From an uncultured Bacteroidota bacterium (lineage in GTDB: Bacteria > Bacteroidota > Bacteroidia > Bacteroidales > UBA12481), in contig CAIXKO010000623.1 of the NCBI GenBank assembly GCA_903919925.1, positions 1 to 60,972 on the forward strand: DNA of 60,972 nt, read 5' to 3'. The notes under the pieces are model-generated. The model was not told the origin of the DNA, did not search any database, and was given only the letters and a program-made list of their open reading frames with translations. Positions 8,580 through 18,349 of the stretch are shown piece by piece; the stretch's first letter is position 1, and every line of letters begins with the position of its first letter. The position numbers and the translations under genes were made by a program.

Positions 8580-11405
8580 TCACCTGATCAGAATAGTTTT
8601 CACCAGACGTTCCTTATCTGCCTGAACCGATACAAAGTAAACACCCGCCTGCAGGCCGGATAAATTGATCGTAAAGATATTTTGTCCCCTGACCAACGGG
8701 TGAAGCGATGTACCCACCACACGCATCAGGTTGTCGAATATCAGAATTTGCCCGTCGGAATTGCCGGGGGAATAATAATCCAAAAAGATATGATCCTGAG
8801 CAGGATTTGGGTAAACTTTCAGATTTGCGGAATTTTCCCGGCTTTCCCCGATACCGGATCCCTGATCAATGACTTTGATGACCAGCGTATCCTTTAACAA
8901 CAGTACTTTAGCAATGATCAGGACAGTATCGGCAATCTTGTTTGCGGTATATTTTCCTTTACTTGTCATCTGGCCTCCGCCGACCGCCGACCAGCCAAAG
9001 GTGGGCTGAACACGCAATACGTTTTTTTGCTGGTCGTAAGCAGCTGCCTTCATTTGCAACGATTGCCCCAGGATTAGGACACTGTCTCTTGAAGTAATCT
9101 TTATTGAAGTCAGTTTCTGGGGCACTTCGATCACATAAATTCTGGTGTTAGTGAGTTCGCCGGATGTTGCGGTAAGCATAACCGGGTATTTTCCCACATT
9201 GAGCAAACTATCCACGCTGATAGTCAGCATAAACGACTGGTTTGGTTCTATTGTGGCCACTGGCAGTTCCACGGTTATTCCGTTGGGGATTTCACCGGGC
9301 GAGAGGCTAACCGTTCCCTTAAAACCGCAATAGGGAAGAACCTGTACCGGGAATGTCCATGTGGCTTTTACTCCATATCCGGTACGGAGAAAAAAGGCTG
9401 AATCTGAAATGGCGAATTCAGGTTTCAGGTTACCGGCACCCGCTTTCCACGCCGGGATCCCGGATTCATAACATCCAAGGTCGGTTCTGTTGCCACTGAT
9501 TGCATCGCTGAAAGGAAGGTATTCACCGGTGTTGACAGCCGCGGTAAATCCGGCTTTCAGGGTATAATCCATATTTTGATAATCAGTAAAAAAACTGGAA
9601 TAATCCGCTTCGGTGTTCAGGTTTATGTTGGAAAGAACCCAGGGTCCCCCGTCGGCTTCCGTAAGTGCACTGGTGGTAATGTTGTTTTGCACATTGAAAT
9701 CCTTTCCGAAATTCCCGACACCATTTTGAATTCCAGGTTTCCCGGTTTTATCGGCAAGGGCGGTATTATTGAAAATCAAAACAGGCCCGTTGATCAGGTC
9801 GCTGCGGTAGTTGATCTGGATGGGGCGATCGATGTTCCACATCAGGTTGTGGTCGATGATAACATCCTTTCCAAAATCGCAATACATGCCGATCGATAAG
9901 AAATTATTGGAATTATAGATGATGTTATGATCCCAGCGGGCCCAGTTCCCGGCGATTCCAAATATATCGACAGCCCCGCTGTCATGAGTTTTCAGCATAA
10001 AATCATGAATCACATTATGATGAACCCTCGCCCTTGCCGGCACCGATCGCTCGGAGTTGGAGTTTTGCTCAATACTGATGGCTTGCTGCGGGGTATTGTA
10101 AATCGTGTTGTAGGCAATCTCCTCATCCCTGCCAAACAATCCCCTGCCGCCGGTGTTCAGGACTCCCGTTTCGGTACTATTATAATTACAGTCGTACAGA
10201 GTATTATTCAGGACCTTGTTGTTTTTCCCCATCACGCAGATAGCGGCAGCAGCACTGTATCGAATGGTACAATTCTTTATTACGCTGTTGATTCCGCTTA
10301 AAATGATGCCCGACCTCGAATCCCACTGAACCTGGTAGTCGCCGGCCTGATTGGTGAAGTGAGTGACATAGAGTGCATGAATTCCGTCGATTATATTACC
10401 ATTTGCGCTTGTTGCCTGAGATAGTCGTGTGTTTGCATAAAGATCAGAAATAATGGAAGTTGCAAACAAATTTAAACCGATAACTGAAGTATTGGCAAAA
10501 GTGATTTTTGAGGGTTCAGGACTGATTCCCCAGACTCTTTTTTTAGCTTCGATTAAATTATTCTGACCGATTGCGTTAGCCGGAGGATTTTCAGCTGGCA
10601 TCCGCACAAACAGGGTATCACCGTTTTTCCACCATTCATTGGGCTTCAGGTACGATGCAATTCCACCGCTGGCCGCCACAGCCGGTTCATACGGATTGAA
10701 CAGGTAATACTCCTGATTGGGCCCCATGCCCCATGGTTCATCCCCGATACGACCGCTTATTTTTCCTGAAACAACGATCCGTCCCGGGAAAGTTGAAAGC
10801 ACCTTACCGGTCCAGCCCTGGCCATCCCATCCGGTACCATCCTTTGAGCGCGACAGGTTGATCCAGATTTCCGATCCGTCCCAACGGCCCGCATACTCCT
10901 TAAAATCTGCATCATAGATTACCGTATTATCCCCGTCGAAAGCAATATCATCCGAATATGCATTAGTTGGCAGAACCAGGTCGGCCGTGTTCTGCGGCCA
11001 GCGCGCAAGGTGCATCATATTTCCATCGAGAAACACCTGGTTGCTCTGGCCCCCTTCGGTAACATTCCAATTCATGCGCGATTTATATACGGATCCGGAA
11101 ACAGCCTGCCAATCGAGCAGAGCTTCTGTGCCATTGATGTTTGCCTTTTCCTGATTGTAGGCCATAAAGGTGACCCCGTCGCTTTTTACAATCACCTGCT
11201 CGCGGTAGGTGCCTGCACGGATCATTACGGTATCACCGGCTACCGCTAAATCAGTAGCTTCCTGTATTGTTTTGAACGGGCTGGTAAATGAGCCGTCACC
11301 CAAAACTGCTGCGGACTGATCAACGTAGATTACCCGGGCCAGAGAGGCGATCGAGAAACAGGTTGCTAAGAGTAATAAAAGGCCTTTTAAAAAATAGTTG
11401 TTCAA
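8580..11405 (-). CDS. Secreted right-handed beta-helix protein with Big_2 Ig-like domain and T9SS CTD (unknown glycan-active family)
   Basis: Signal peptide MNNYFLKGLLLLLATCFSIASLA. Cap motif GDGSFTSPFKTIQEATDLAVAGDTVMIRAGTYRE. Rung motifs NNTLYDCNY, YNTIYNTP, HHNVIHDF, DHNIIYNSNN, DHNLMWNI. Big_2-like segment ITSRDSVLILGQSLQMKAAAYDQQKN. Tail LKVYPNPAQDHIFLDY...GVYFVSVQADKERLVKTILIR. The first ~550 aa are colinear with 54701..58462. Confidence 0.75.
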   Translation of the reverse strand: MNNYFLKGLLLLLATCFSIASLARVIYVDQSAAVLGDGSFTSPFKTIQEATDLAVAGDTVMIRAGTYREQVIVKSDGVTFMAYNQEKANINGTEALLDWQAVSGSVYKSRMNWNVTEGGQSNQVFLDGNMMHLARWPQNTADLVLPTNAYSDDIAFDGDNTVIYDADFKEYAGRWDGSEIWINLSRSKDGTGWDGQGWTGKVLSTFPGRIVVSGKISGRIGDEPWGMGPNQEYYLFNPYEPAVAASGGIASYLKPNEWWKNGDTLFVRMPAENPPANAIGQNNLIEAKKRVWGISPEPSKITFANTSVIGLNLFATSIISDLYANTRLSQATSANGNIIDGIHALYVTHFTNQAGDYQVQWDSRSGIILSGINSVIKNCTIRYSAAAAICVMGKNNKVLNNTLYDCNYNSTETGVLNTGGRGLFGRDEEIAYNTIYNTPQQAISIEQNSNSERSVPARARVHHNVIHDFMLKTHDSGAVDIFGIAGNWARWDHNIIYNSNNFLSIGMYCDFGKDVIIDHNLMWNIDRPIQINYRSDLINGPVLIFNNTALADKTGKPGIQNGVGNFGKDFNVQNNITTSALTEADGGPWVLSNINLNTEADYSSFFTDYQNMDYTLKAGFTAAVNTGEYLPFSDAISGNRTDLGCYESGIPAWKAGAGNLKPEFAISDSAFFLRTGYGVKATWTFPVQVLPYCGFKGTVSLSPGEIPNGITVELPVATIEPNQSFMLTISVDSLLNVGKYPVMLTATSGELTNTRIYVIEVPQKLTSIKITSRDSVLILGQSLQMKAAAYDQQKNVLRVQPTFGWSAVGGGQMTSKGKYTANKIADTVLIIAKVLLLKDTLVIKVIDQGSGIGESRENSANLKVYPNPAQDHIFLDYYSPGNSDGQILIFDNLMRVVGTSLHPLVRGQNIFTINLSGLQAGVYFVSVQADKERLVKTILIR

Positions 11406-11417
11406 TTGTTTTATTAA

Positions 11418-13172
11418 TTAATTTAAATGATTCCAATCGCCGCTGAAATAAGCCTCATCCACCCGCCGGATAAAATCACTGTCCTTGTTTTCCAATCCCT
11501 GGTTTCTCAAATCCTGCCAGATTGAAAATGCCAGCCAGTATCCGCAGCAGTATCTTTCCTGTGCCGTTTGGGGATTCATTAACAGGGAATACCATTGAAT
11601 GGCAAGATTATTTTTGCGGGCAGCTATCAGGGCTTTCTTTGCCCCGGACCATAAATCGAGGCTCACCCTTTCGAAAAGTTTCCGGTAATCATGGTAAGTC
11701 ATGCCTGTCGGATTCCTGAGATCGCACCGGTCGTCGATTCCCAGTTCACTGAGCGAGATCACCGTTTCAAACAAGAGATCTCCGTTCAGGTCGTATTCAA
11801 TCCGGTCGGTGAACCCGTTTGCATCGGAGTCGGAGTATTTAATGGTTGGAAATACTGAAGGTTCGTCAACAAATGAGTCATTGGGAATACCATCGCCTCC
11901 GCCCCGCCAGCCTTGCCAGCCCTGGAAATACCGTGCATTCCGGTCGATTCGCCAGGCTCCCTGTTCAGCGCCGTACAAATGGATGAGACCATCGAACTTT
12001 CCGACATAGAGGTTTCCCTTACCCGAAAAATCCTGATCCCATTCCCCCCGGTCGCCGGTGGCATCGGCTTGCGGATTATTATCAAGCCCTCCATTATTTG
12101 ACCCGATACTGCCTGGATCTTTGGGTTCATAGAATTCCACCCTTTCCCAGCGCTGACAATCATCATCCTCGTCAAAAACCAGCCAGCACTGCGACCAGTT
12201 ACTATTTTTAAAAGCTTCATCAAATGCCTTTTCATGATCCACGTAAATCAATTCCGTCATTTGCCGCCAGCGCGGATCAATAAAGAACGTATCAGCATCC
12301 GGTAATCCACGCAGACTCATGTATCTATGAACGTGATTGCCATAACCGAAACCGTTACCGGTGAATTTCAGGCTCATATCGAAATCAAACTCATTCTCCG
12401 GCCGGCTGTCGTTGTCGAGATCCAGTGAGAAACGGACATCGGTTACTTTTTTAGTCAGCGTAACCGGGTACTGCTTTTTCAGGTCGATTGCCGGGATATC
12501 CATAAAGCGCAGAGCCATTTCAGAAAGCCCATCATTATCAGGGTCATAGAAAAGAAAGGGATTCTCCCAGTTATAGCGCAAATCGTCGATATTAAAGGAA
12601 GATGTATGGATTTTCAGGAACATGGCTTTACCCGAATAATCCTGAAAAAAGCGGCACTGGCCCTGATGTTCCCAGGCCTCAAGTTTCAAAGTATTCCAAT
12701 CGATATAGTTAAATACCTGATCGTTATCGGTATCAATCGAAATCATGAAGTGGCCGGGAGTCCAGCCTTTATCGATCAGGCGCGCATTATCGGCAACAAT
12801 CTGTAGGTCGGCCCTGCCATCACCATTCTCGTCACACCAGTCGATCATCAGGTCGAGTTCACCGCCATAACTGCCATCGCGGTTGCGGTCGATCATCAGG
12901 CAATCGTTGTCCATATCGCCCTGCAGATCGGTTGTTTTCATATCATCATCATCATCGATCCATTGAACAGGAACAGAATCGTTGATGAAAGTCCTGAGCA
13001 CATCGGGATCACCATCATGATCAAGATCGATAAAGGCAATTGTTTGTGAATTAAACCGTGGTGAAAACAAACTAAATGACGTATTCTGGCCAGTCAGCGA
13101 ATGCCCGTAAAAAGCCATCAGAGTTAAAATAAATAAACACCTGCAATTAATTATCATCAGTATCCGGATCAT
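11418..13172 (-). CDS. Secreted acidic calcium-binding-repeat (FG-GAP / DxDxDG-like) protein of unknown function
   Basis: Hydrophobic N-terminus MIRILMIINCRCLFILTLMAFYG. Repeated acidic loops DLDHDGDPD, DRNRDGSYG, DENGDGRAD, DPDNDGLSE, DSDANGFTD. The stop is 12 nt before the start of 8580..11405, which implies an operon. I moved the start to the first ATG (13172); the ORF-track start 13226 is TTG. Confidence 0.55.
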   Translation of the reverse strand: MIRILMIINCRCLFILTLMAFYGHSLTGQNTSFSLFSPRFNSQTIAFIDLDHDGDPDVLRTFINDSVPVQWIDDDDDMKTTDLQGDMDNDCLMIDRNRDGSYGGELDLMIDWCDENGDGRADLQIVADNARLIDKGWTPGHFMISIDTDNDQVFNYIDWNTLKLEAWEHQGQCRFFQDYSGKAMFLKIHTSSFNIDDLRYNWENPFLFYDPDNDGLSEMALRFMDIPAIDLKKQYPVTLTKKVTDVRFSLDLDNDSRPENEFDFDMSLKFTGNGFGYGNHVHRYMSLRGLPDADTFFIDPRWRQMTELIYVDHEKAFDEAFKNSNWSQCWLVFDEDDDCQRWERVEFYEPKDPGSIGSNNGGLDNNPQADATGDRGEWDQDFSGKGNLYVGKFDGLIHLYGAEQGAWRIDRNARYFQGWQGWRGGGDGIPNDSFVDEPSVFPTIKYSDSDANGFTDRIEYDLNGDLLFETVISLSELGIDDRCDLRNPTGMTYHDYRKLFERVSLDLWSGAKKALIAARKNNLAIQWYSLLMNPQTAQERYCCGYWLAFSIWQDLRNQGLENKDSDFIRRVDEAYFSGDWNHLN

Positions 13173-13307
13173 AATTCCCAAAAGTAGGCAGGGGTTAACA
13201 ACCGGAGGGATTGAAAATCTTTCCAAATAGGGGTAATAATGTTTAGATCACAATAATCTGCGGATTCATTGACTGTTTTCTAATATTAAAAAACATATTT
13301 TTACTGT

Positions 13308-16300
13308 ATGACCTGCAAGACTGACATTGAATCAGAGTCCGATACTGTGAGGAAAATCAAGGTGAGATTAGGTTTGATCTTACTGATTTCCCTCCTGTCT
13401 GTTCTGCCTGGCATTTCCCAGGATGCCGGTTATGAGTTTTACCGTCCGGCTCAGAAAGAATTATTTGACCAGGGAGTAAACTGCCTGTACAGAGATAGTC
13501 TGGGTTTTCTGTGGATCGGGACCAATCAGGGGCTTTACCAGTTTGACGGATACGACTACAAAGCTTATAAGTATGATCCCTTCAATGATCATTCCCTATG
13601 CAACAATTATGTAACCTGTATCAGCGAAGACAGGCAGGGGCACCTGTGGGCGGGCACCTTTAACGGGTTAAGCCGGTATGATCGCAATACCGACAGTTTC
13701 ACGAATTACCTGGAGGAGAATAAAGACTCAAATTCGGTTACCAATGATCAGATTAAATATTTCCTCAACGATAAAAGAAACACTTTCTGGGTAGCCACCA
13801 ATCATGGAATTAACCGGTATGATCAGCAGCTTGACCGCTTTGAAAAATTCCCCGGTTATTTACCTCCTGATGTAAAGATTGGCCGGAGCATTGTGAGCCT
13901 GGCAGAGGATAATTCCGGAAATATATGGATCGGAACCTGGAATGCGGGATTGATTCGGTTCAATTACGAAAAAGGGGAGTTTACCAGGTTTACGCACCAA
14001 AATGACAATGCTAATTCCTTACGGGACAATGAGGTATCCACCTTAGCGTTCATCAATGATTCTATTTTGTGGATCGGACATTACAATCAGGGCATTGGTG
14101 AGATGAACATCAGATCGTTGAAAGTGGATTACAGCCTGTTCGATTCCAGCAGAGATATCCTTAAGCCGGGGATCAGGCGGCTGCTCAGTGATCACAATTC
14201 GGATATCTGGATTACCAATTCCGATAATCTGGTCCTTTTTAAAGGAAAAAGCAGGCAATTCCAGGTGATCAGCAAACCAAAGGCCGATGAGGGTATTATC
14301 ACTCCGCATAAACCAATGTTCCTTTATGAGGACCGCGAACATATCATTTGGCTGACCACCTCTGAAGAAGGTATTTTATACCATCATCCCTATGCTAATA
14401 ATTTTAAACAGTATTACCGGAAATTGCCAAAGGAGAGCCCCGGGGTTGTCCAGAACTATGTAAAAGCTTTTGTTGAGGATCCCTTTGGCAACCTCTGGAT
14501 AGCAACTTTTGACAACGGACTGCTGAAATATTCGAAAGACCGAAAGAGCTATAAGAGATTCAGGGCAGGCTCCAATGACACCGGAAAATCAATCCTCAGC
14601 AACCGGCTTACCCATCTTTTCCTGGACCGGAATGGAAGGCTGTGGGTTGCTACGGAGAACGGAATATCTGTCATCAATAGTAATACCGATGAGATTGAGA
14701 ATAATATAATCAAACAGACAAAGGAACAGGATGGATTATTCGTGAGTTTCACAGGTCAGACCTATCAGGACAGAAGGGGAAATTACTGGATCATCAATCA
14801 GGAGGGGCTTGATTGTTTTAAGCCAGCCACAAATACTTGGGTGCATTATAACCAAAGTGATCTGGGGGGATTCAGCCACTATAAGTTCACCTCGATAACC
14901 GAAGACAGCGATGGAAATCTGTGGTTTGGTACTTTTAACGGTTTGAACAGGTATAATCCGGAGTCGGGTAAAATAACCCAGTTCAGGCATAATCCCAAAG
15001 TTCACAACTCCATCAGCAATTCCTATATACAAACGGAATTGTTTACCGACAGTAAAGGCAGGATGTGGGTTGGAACGCAGGATGGATTAAATCAATACAT
15101 TAAAGAAACAAATTCATTCATCAATTATTCCTCTTTGCCTGGGATGTTAAGTAATTCCATTACGGGGATACTGGAATCCGATCCTGACCATTTATGGATT
15201 ATTTCAAATACCGGATTATCGAACTTTAATGTAATTACCAATGAAATGGTAAATTATGGCCCTGCGGAAGGGCTTGGAATTAATTCAGAATCCCATTATA
15301 AGTCACCCCGTGGATTCCTGTTCTTTGGAGGAGCACATAACGATTATTTCACTTTTCATACCGACAGCATTAAAGGAAATTCGCTGGTTCCGCCGGTTTA
15401 TGTAACTAATTTTCTTTTATCGAATAAATCATTATCCATTTCGGGAGAAAAACTGATTACTCCGTTAAAAGAAAATATAATCACCTCACATGCAATTCAA
15501 TTAAAATATAATCAAAACTCATTTGGGTTTGAATTTACCGCATTAAATTATTTATTGCCGGAAAAGAATCAATACGCTTATAAACTGGCAGGATTTGAAA
15601 AGAACTGGAATTTTGTCAGCTCCAACCGGCGGTTTGCAAACTACACCAACCTGAAGCCGGGAAAATACGTGTTCAATGTAAAGGCCAGCAATAATGATTT
15701 TATCTGGAATGAGACTGGTGATCAGATTACGGTAATCATTAAACCACCCTATTGGGGAACCATTTGGGCCTATCTGGTTTATAGCCTGGTAATGATTTCG
15801 CTGATTTTAATGGCCCGCTATCTGACCATTAAGCAAACAAAATTAAAAAGCTCATTTGAGCTGGAGCATCTGCTAAGGGAGCGGGAGGAGGAGGAGCACA
15901 AACTCCGGATCAGCTTTTTTACCAACATTTCCCATGAATTGCGAACGCCGCTCACCCTAATTTCAGGTCCGTTAAAACAGATCATACAGTCATCAAAGTC
16001 CTCTCCGCTAAGCGAGGAAGTTACCAACTATCTCAGCCTGATCAACCGAAATGTTAAGCGGTTGACTGAACTCACCAACCAGTTACTCGACTTCAGGAAA
16101 ATAGAATCGGGCAGCATGCGTCTTGAAATTTATCAGTCCGATCTGGTTCAGTTTATCCGGGAGATAACGGAAACCTTTGTCAGCAGTTCCAGAAAAAAGC
16201 AATTGCGTGTGGAGTTTATACCGGAAATGGAATCCCTGTCTGCCTGGTTTGATCCGGACAAATTAGATAAGATTCTGACCAATTTAATCAGGAATGCTGT

Positions 16301-17528
16301 AAAATTCACATTCGAAGGCTCCATAACGATTCGTTTAACAGAGATTTCCAGCGGAAGTTCAAACACCGGCAGACGGGTTGAAATTTCAGTTTCCGATACC
16401 GGTATCGGAATCAGTGAAGATCAGATCGATCAGATATTCAGCCCGTTTCATCAGGTGGATCGCTCCTATCAGCGCAAAAATGAAGGAACCGGACTTGGAC
16501 TTGCATTGGTTAAAAGTCTGGTACAACTATACAACGGAGAGATCAGCGTGAGCAGCCAGGTTGGAAAAGGAAGCTGCTTTACGGTGCGGTTGCCGGTTGA
16601 CAGGGAAAGTATGCCGGATAACAGGATTATCACGCCCAATGAACTTATTCTATCCGATAATGATGCGTCAGATGAAGATATCCCAGATGAAAAACAAGAG
16701 ATATCTGCTTCCGTGCCTGCGTTAGGAAAAAGCGAAAAACCTCTGATACTGATCGTTGAAGATAATCAGGATATGCGATTTTACATCCGGAAAATTCTTT
16801 TGGATTCATTTACCATTATTGAAGCAACCCATGGCAGGGAAGGGCTGCAAATGGCATTGGTGGCAATCCCCGATCTCATTATCAGCGATGTTATGATGCC
16901 TGAACTTTCGGGTACGGAAATGGCCCAACAGCTTAAATCCGATGAACGGACGAGCCATATTCCGATTATCCTCCTCACTGCACTCGCCGGTACCGGACAA
17001 AAAATAAAGGGCCTCACCATTGGCGCCGATGATTATATAACCAAGCCTTTCAGTGAAGAAATCCTGCTTTTGAAAACGGAGAATCTTATTAAAAACCGGC
17101 AAAAACTTAAGGAGCACCTGATTAAGCAAATCGGGGTGGCGGCCAGGCAGAATTTGGCTACAGGTATTGAACCCAACGAGCTTCCAATGGAGAACATGGA
17201 TGAGAAGTTTCTTCGTAAAGCACTGAATATCATTGAGAATCATATTGAAGAATCGGAATTCGGAGTGGAGACACTGGCCAGGGAGATTGGAATGGAATCG
17301 TCGACTTTATATAAAAAGATGATGGCCCTGATTGATATGCCACCGGGCGAATTCATCCGGGATATTCGTTTGAAGCGTGCCGTTCAGCTGATCGGCCAGA
17401 AACACCTGACTATTTCAGAGATTTCCTTTATGACCGGGTATAATAATCCCAAGTATTTTACCAAGGTATTCAGGAAGCATTATGGGATGTCGCCGACTGA
17501 ATACAGGGCGATGAAATTTGGAAGTTAG
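13308..17528 (+). CDS. Hybrid two-component system sensor kinase / response regulator with AraC-type HTH (HTCS, PUL regulator)
   Basis: Periplasmic beta-propeller repeats (LWIGTNQGLYQFD, LWAGTFNGLSRYD, FWVATNHGINRYD, IWIGTWNAGLIRF, LWFGTFNGLNRYN...). TM helix WAYLVYSLVMISLILMARYL. H-box FFTNISHELRTPLT. HATPase GTGLGLALVKSLVQLYNGEI. Receiver LILIVEDNQDMR...DLIISDVMMPELSG. AraC HTH tail GYNNPKYFTKVFRKHYGMSPTEYR. Confidence 0.9.
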   Translation: MTCKTDIESESDTVRKIKVRLGLILLISLLSVLPGISQDAGYEFYRPAQKELFDQGVNCLYRDSLGFLWIGTNQGLYQFDGYDYKAYKYDPFNDHSLCNNYVTCISEDRQGHLWAGTFNGLSRYDRNTDSFTNYLEENKDSNSVTNDQIKYFLNDKRNTFWVATNHGINRYDQQLDRFEKFPGYLPPDVKIGRSIVSLAEDNSGNIWIGTWNAGLIRFNYEKGEFTRFTHQNDNANSLRDNEVSTLAFINDSILWIGHYNQGIGEMNIRSLKVDYSLFDSSRDILKPGIRRLLSDHNSDIWITNSDNLVLFKGKSRQFQVISKPKADEGIITPHKPMFLYEDREHIIWLTTSEEGILYHHPYANNFKQYYRKLPKESPGVVQNYVKAFVEDPFGNLWIATFDNGLLKYSKDRKSYKRFRAGSNDTGKSILSNRLTHLFLDRNGRLWVATENGISVINSNTDEIENNIIKQTKEQDGLFVSFTGQTYQDRRGNYWIINQEGLDCFKPATNTWVHYNQSDLGGFSHYKFTSITEDSDGNLWFGTFNGLNRYNPESGKITQFRHNPKVHNSISNSYIQTELFTDSKGRMWVGTQDGLNQYIKETNSFINYSSLPGMLSNSITGILESDPDHLWIISNTGLSNFNVITNEMVNYGPAEGLGINSESHYKSPRGFLFFGGAHNDYFTFHTDSIKGNSLVPPVYVTNFLLSNKSLSISGEKLITPLKENIITSHAIQLKYNQNSFGFEFTALNYLLPEKNQYAYKLAGFEKNWNFVSSNRRFANYTNLKPGKYVFNVKASNNDFIWNETGDQITVIIKPPYWGTIWAYLVYSLVMISLILMARYLTIKQTKLKSSFELEHLLREREEEEHKLRISFFTNISHELRTPLTLISGPLKQIIQSSKSSPLSEEVTNYLSLINRNVKRLTELTNQLLDFRKIESGSMRLEIYQSDLVQFIREITETFVSSSRKKQLRVEFIPEMESLSAWFDPDKLDKILTNLIRNAVKFTFEGSITIRLTEISSGSSNTGRRVEISVSDTGIGISEDQIDQIFSPFHQVDRSYQRKNEGTGLGLALVKSLVQLYNGEISVSSQVGKGSCFTVRLPVDRESMPDNRIITPNELILSDNDASDEDIPDEKQEISASVPALGKSEKPLILIVEDNQDMRFYIRKILLDSFTIIEATHGREGLQMALVAIPDLIISDVMMPELSGTEMAQQLKSDERTSHIPIILLTALAGTGQKIKGLTIGADDYITKPFSEEILLLKTENLIKNRQKLKEHLIKQIGVAARQNLATGIEPNELPMENMDEKFLRKALNIIENHIEESEFGVETLAREIGMESSTLYKKMMALIDMPPGEFIRDIRLKRAVQLIGQKHLTISEISFMTGYNNPKYFTKVFRKHYGMSPTEYRAMKFGS

Positions 17529-17552
17529 AGATTCGAAGACCAATTCTGAATT

Positions 17553-17789
17553 TTGAAGTGGAAGATTCAGGTCGGGCACTTCTTACTAATGTGGCGGGGG
17601 ACGGTGGATCAATTGTCGGTTGATTTGAAAATTGAGTTTCCTGATATGGGCTTATCCCCACGCAATTTGTGGGATATGAAACGTTTTTATGAGATTTATT
17701 ATCAAGCAGATACAAAACTGCGACAAGCTGTCGCAGTTTTGCCTTGGGGACATAATTTGCTCCTGCTTGACAAGGTGCAGCTGAGATAG
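17553..17789 (+). pseudogene. Internal fragment of a DUF1016 (YhcG-like PDDEXK nuclease) N-terminal domain
   Basis: ...VDQLSVDLKIEFPDMGLSPRNLWDMKRFYEIYYQADTKLRQAVAVLPWGHNLLLLDKV... matches the conserved DUF1016_N stretch (..L..DL...FP...GFS.RNL..MR.FY.......V...V..LPW.HN..LL.K). Only ~65 aa remain of a family that is normally ~350 aa. It is wedged between two convergent stops. Confidence 0.55.
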
Positions 17790-17824
17790 CCATGCAAGAT
17801 GTGAACAAACCGATAGGTGTGGAA

Positions 17825-18328
17825 CTATTGAACTGTAATGGTTTTCTGCATCTTATCCGATACACAACCGCTGCTCGTGCAATTGGTAGCTATCCAGGTA
17901 ACTTTTAAAACACCTTTCGACTGGAATTTATAGGCCAGTTCCACCGTGCCTAACGGAAGTGCAACTCCCTGATAGGATGCTGTTTTCATCAGCAGTGTGG
18001 AATCGGTTTTACTGACGGGTAAAAGTCCGACGATGGATTTATTCATATCGTAATCATGATAGATCATATTTTTCCCTGATTTCAGGGAGTCGCCGGTCCA
18101 GATGCTGTTGAACATCGCGTTACTTTTTGATACGATATATACCTGTTTACTTATCGGAATGAGGTCAACCTCCACCCTCACCTTTTTATCGTTTATGATG
18201 GTATCTTTTTCGATCGTGAAATTAGCGATTGGGGTAACTGGTGCTTCATCACTGCAACCGGAAAGGGCCAACAACAGAAAAACAGAAACAGCCGTCAGAT
18301 TTACGCACAATAGTTTTAAATGTTTCAT
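17825..18328 (-). CDS. Small PUL-associated surface lipoprotein, unknown function
   Basis: Signal plus lipobox ...VFLLLALSGCSDE. It lies immediately downstream of the SusD-like gene. Paralogous to 45621..46079 (shared TGDS[LI]KSGK and YQG[VL] motifs, same position in the other PUL). Confidence 0.6.
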   Translation of the reverse strand: MKHLKLLCVNLTAVSVFLLLALSGCSDEAPVTPIANFTIEKDTIINDKKVRVEVDLIPISKQVYIVSKSNAMFNSIWTGDSLKSGKNMIYHDYDMNKSIVGLLPVSKTDSTLLMKTASYQGVALPLGTVELAYKFQSKGVLKVTWIATNCTSSGCVSDKMQKTITVQ

Positions 18329-18349
18329 ATCGGGGAAGTTATTGAGGTA

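Noticed and set aside
17470-17865. A 131-aa minus-strand ORF spanning the HTCS / lipoprotein gap.
   Set aside because: It overlaps the 3' ends of two well-supported genes and is antisense to the DUF1016 remnant. It has low-complexity composition and no recognisable motif.
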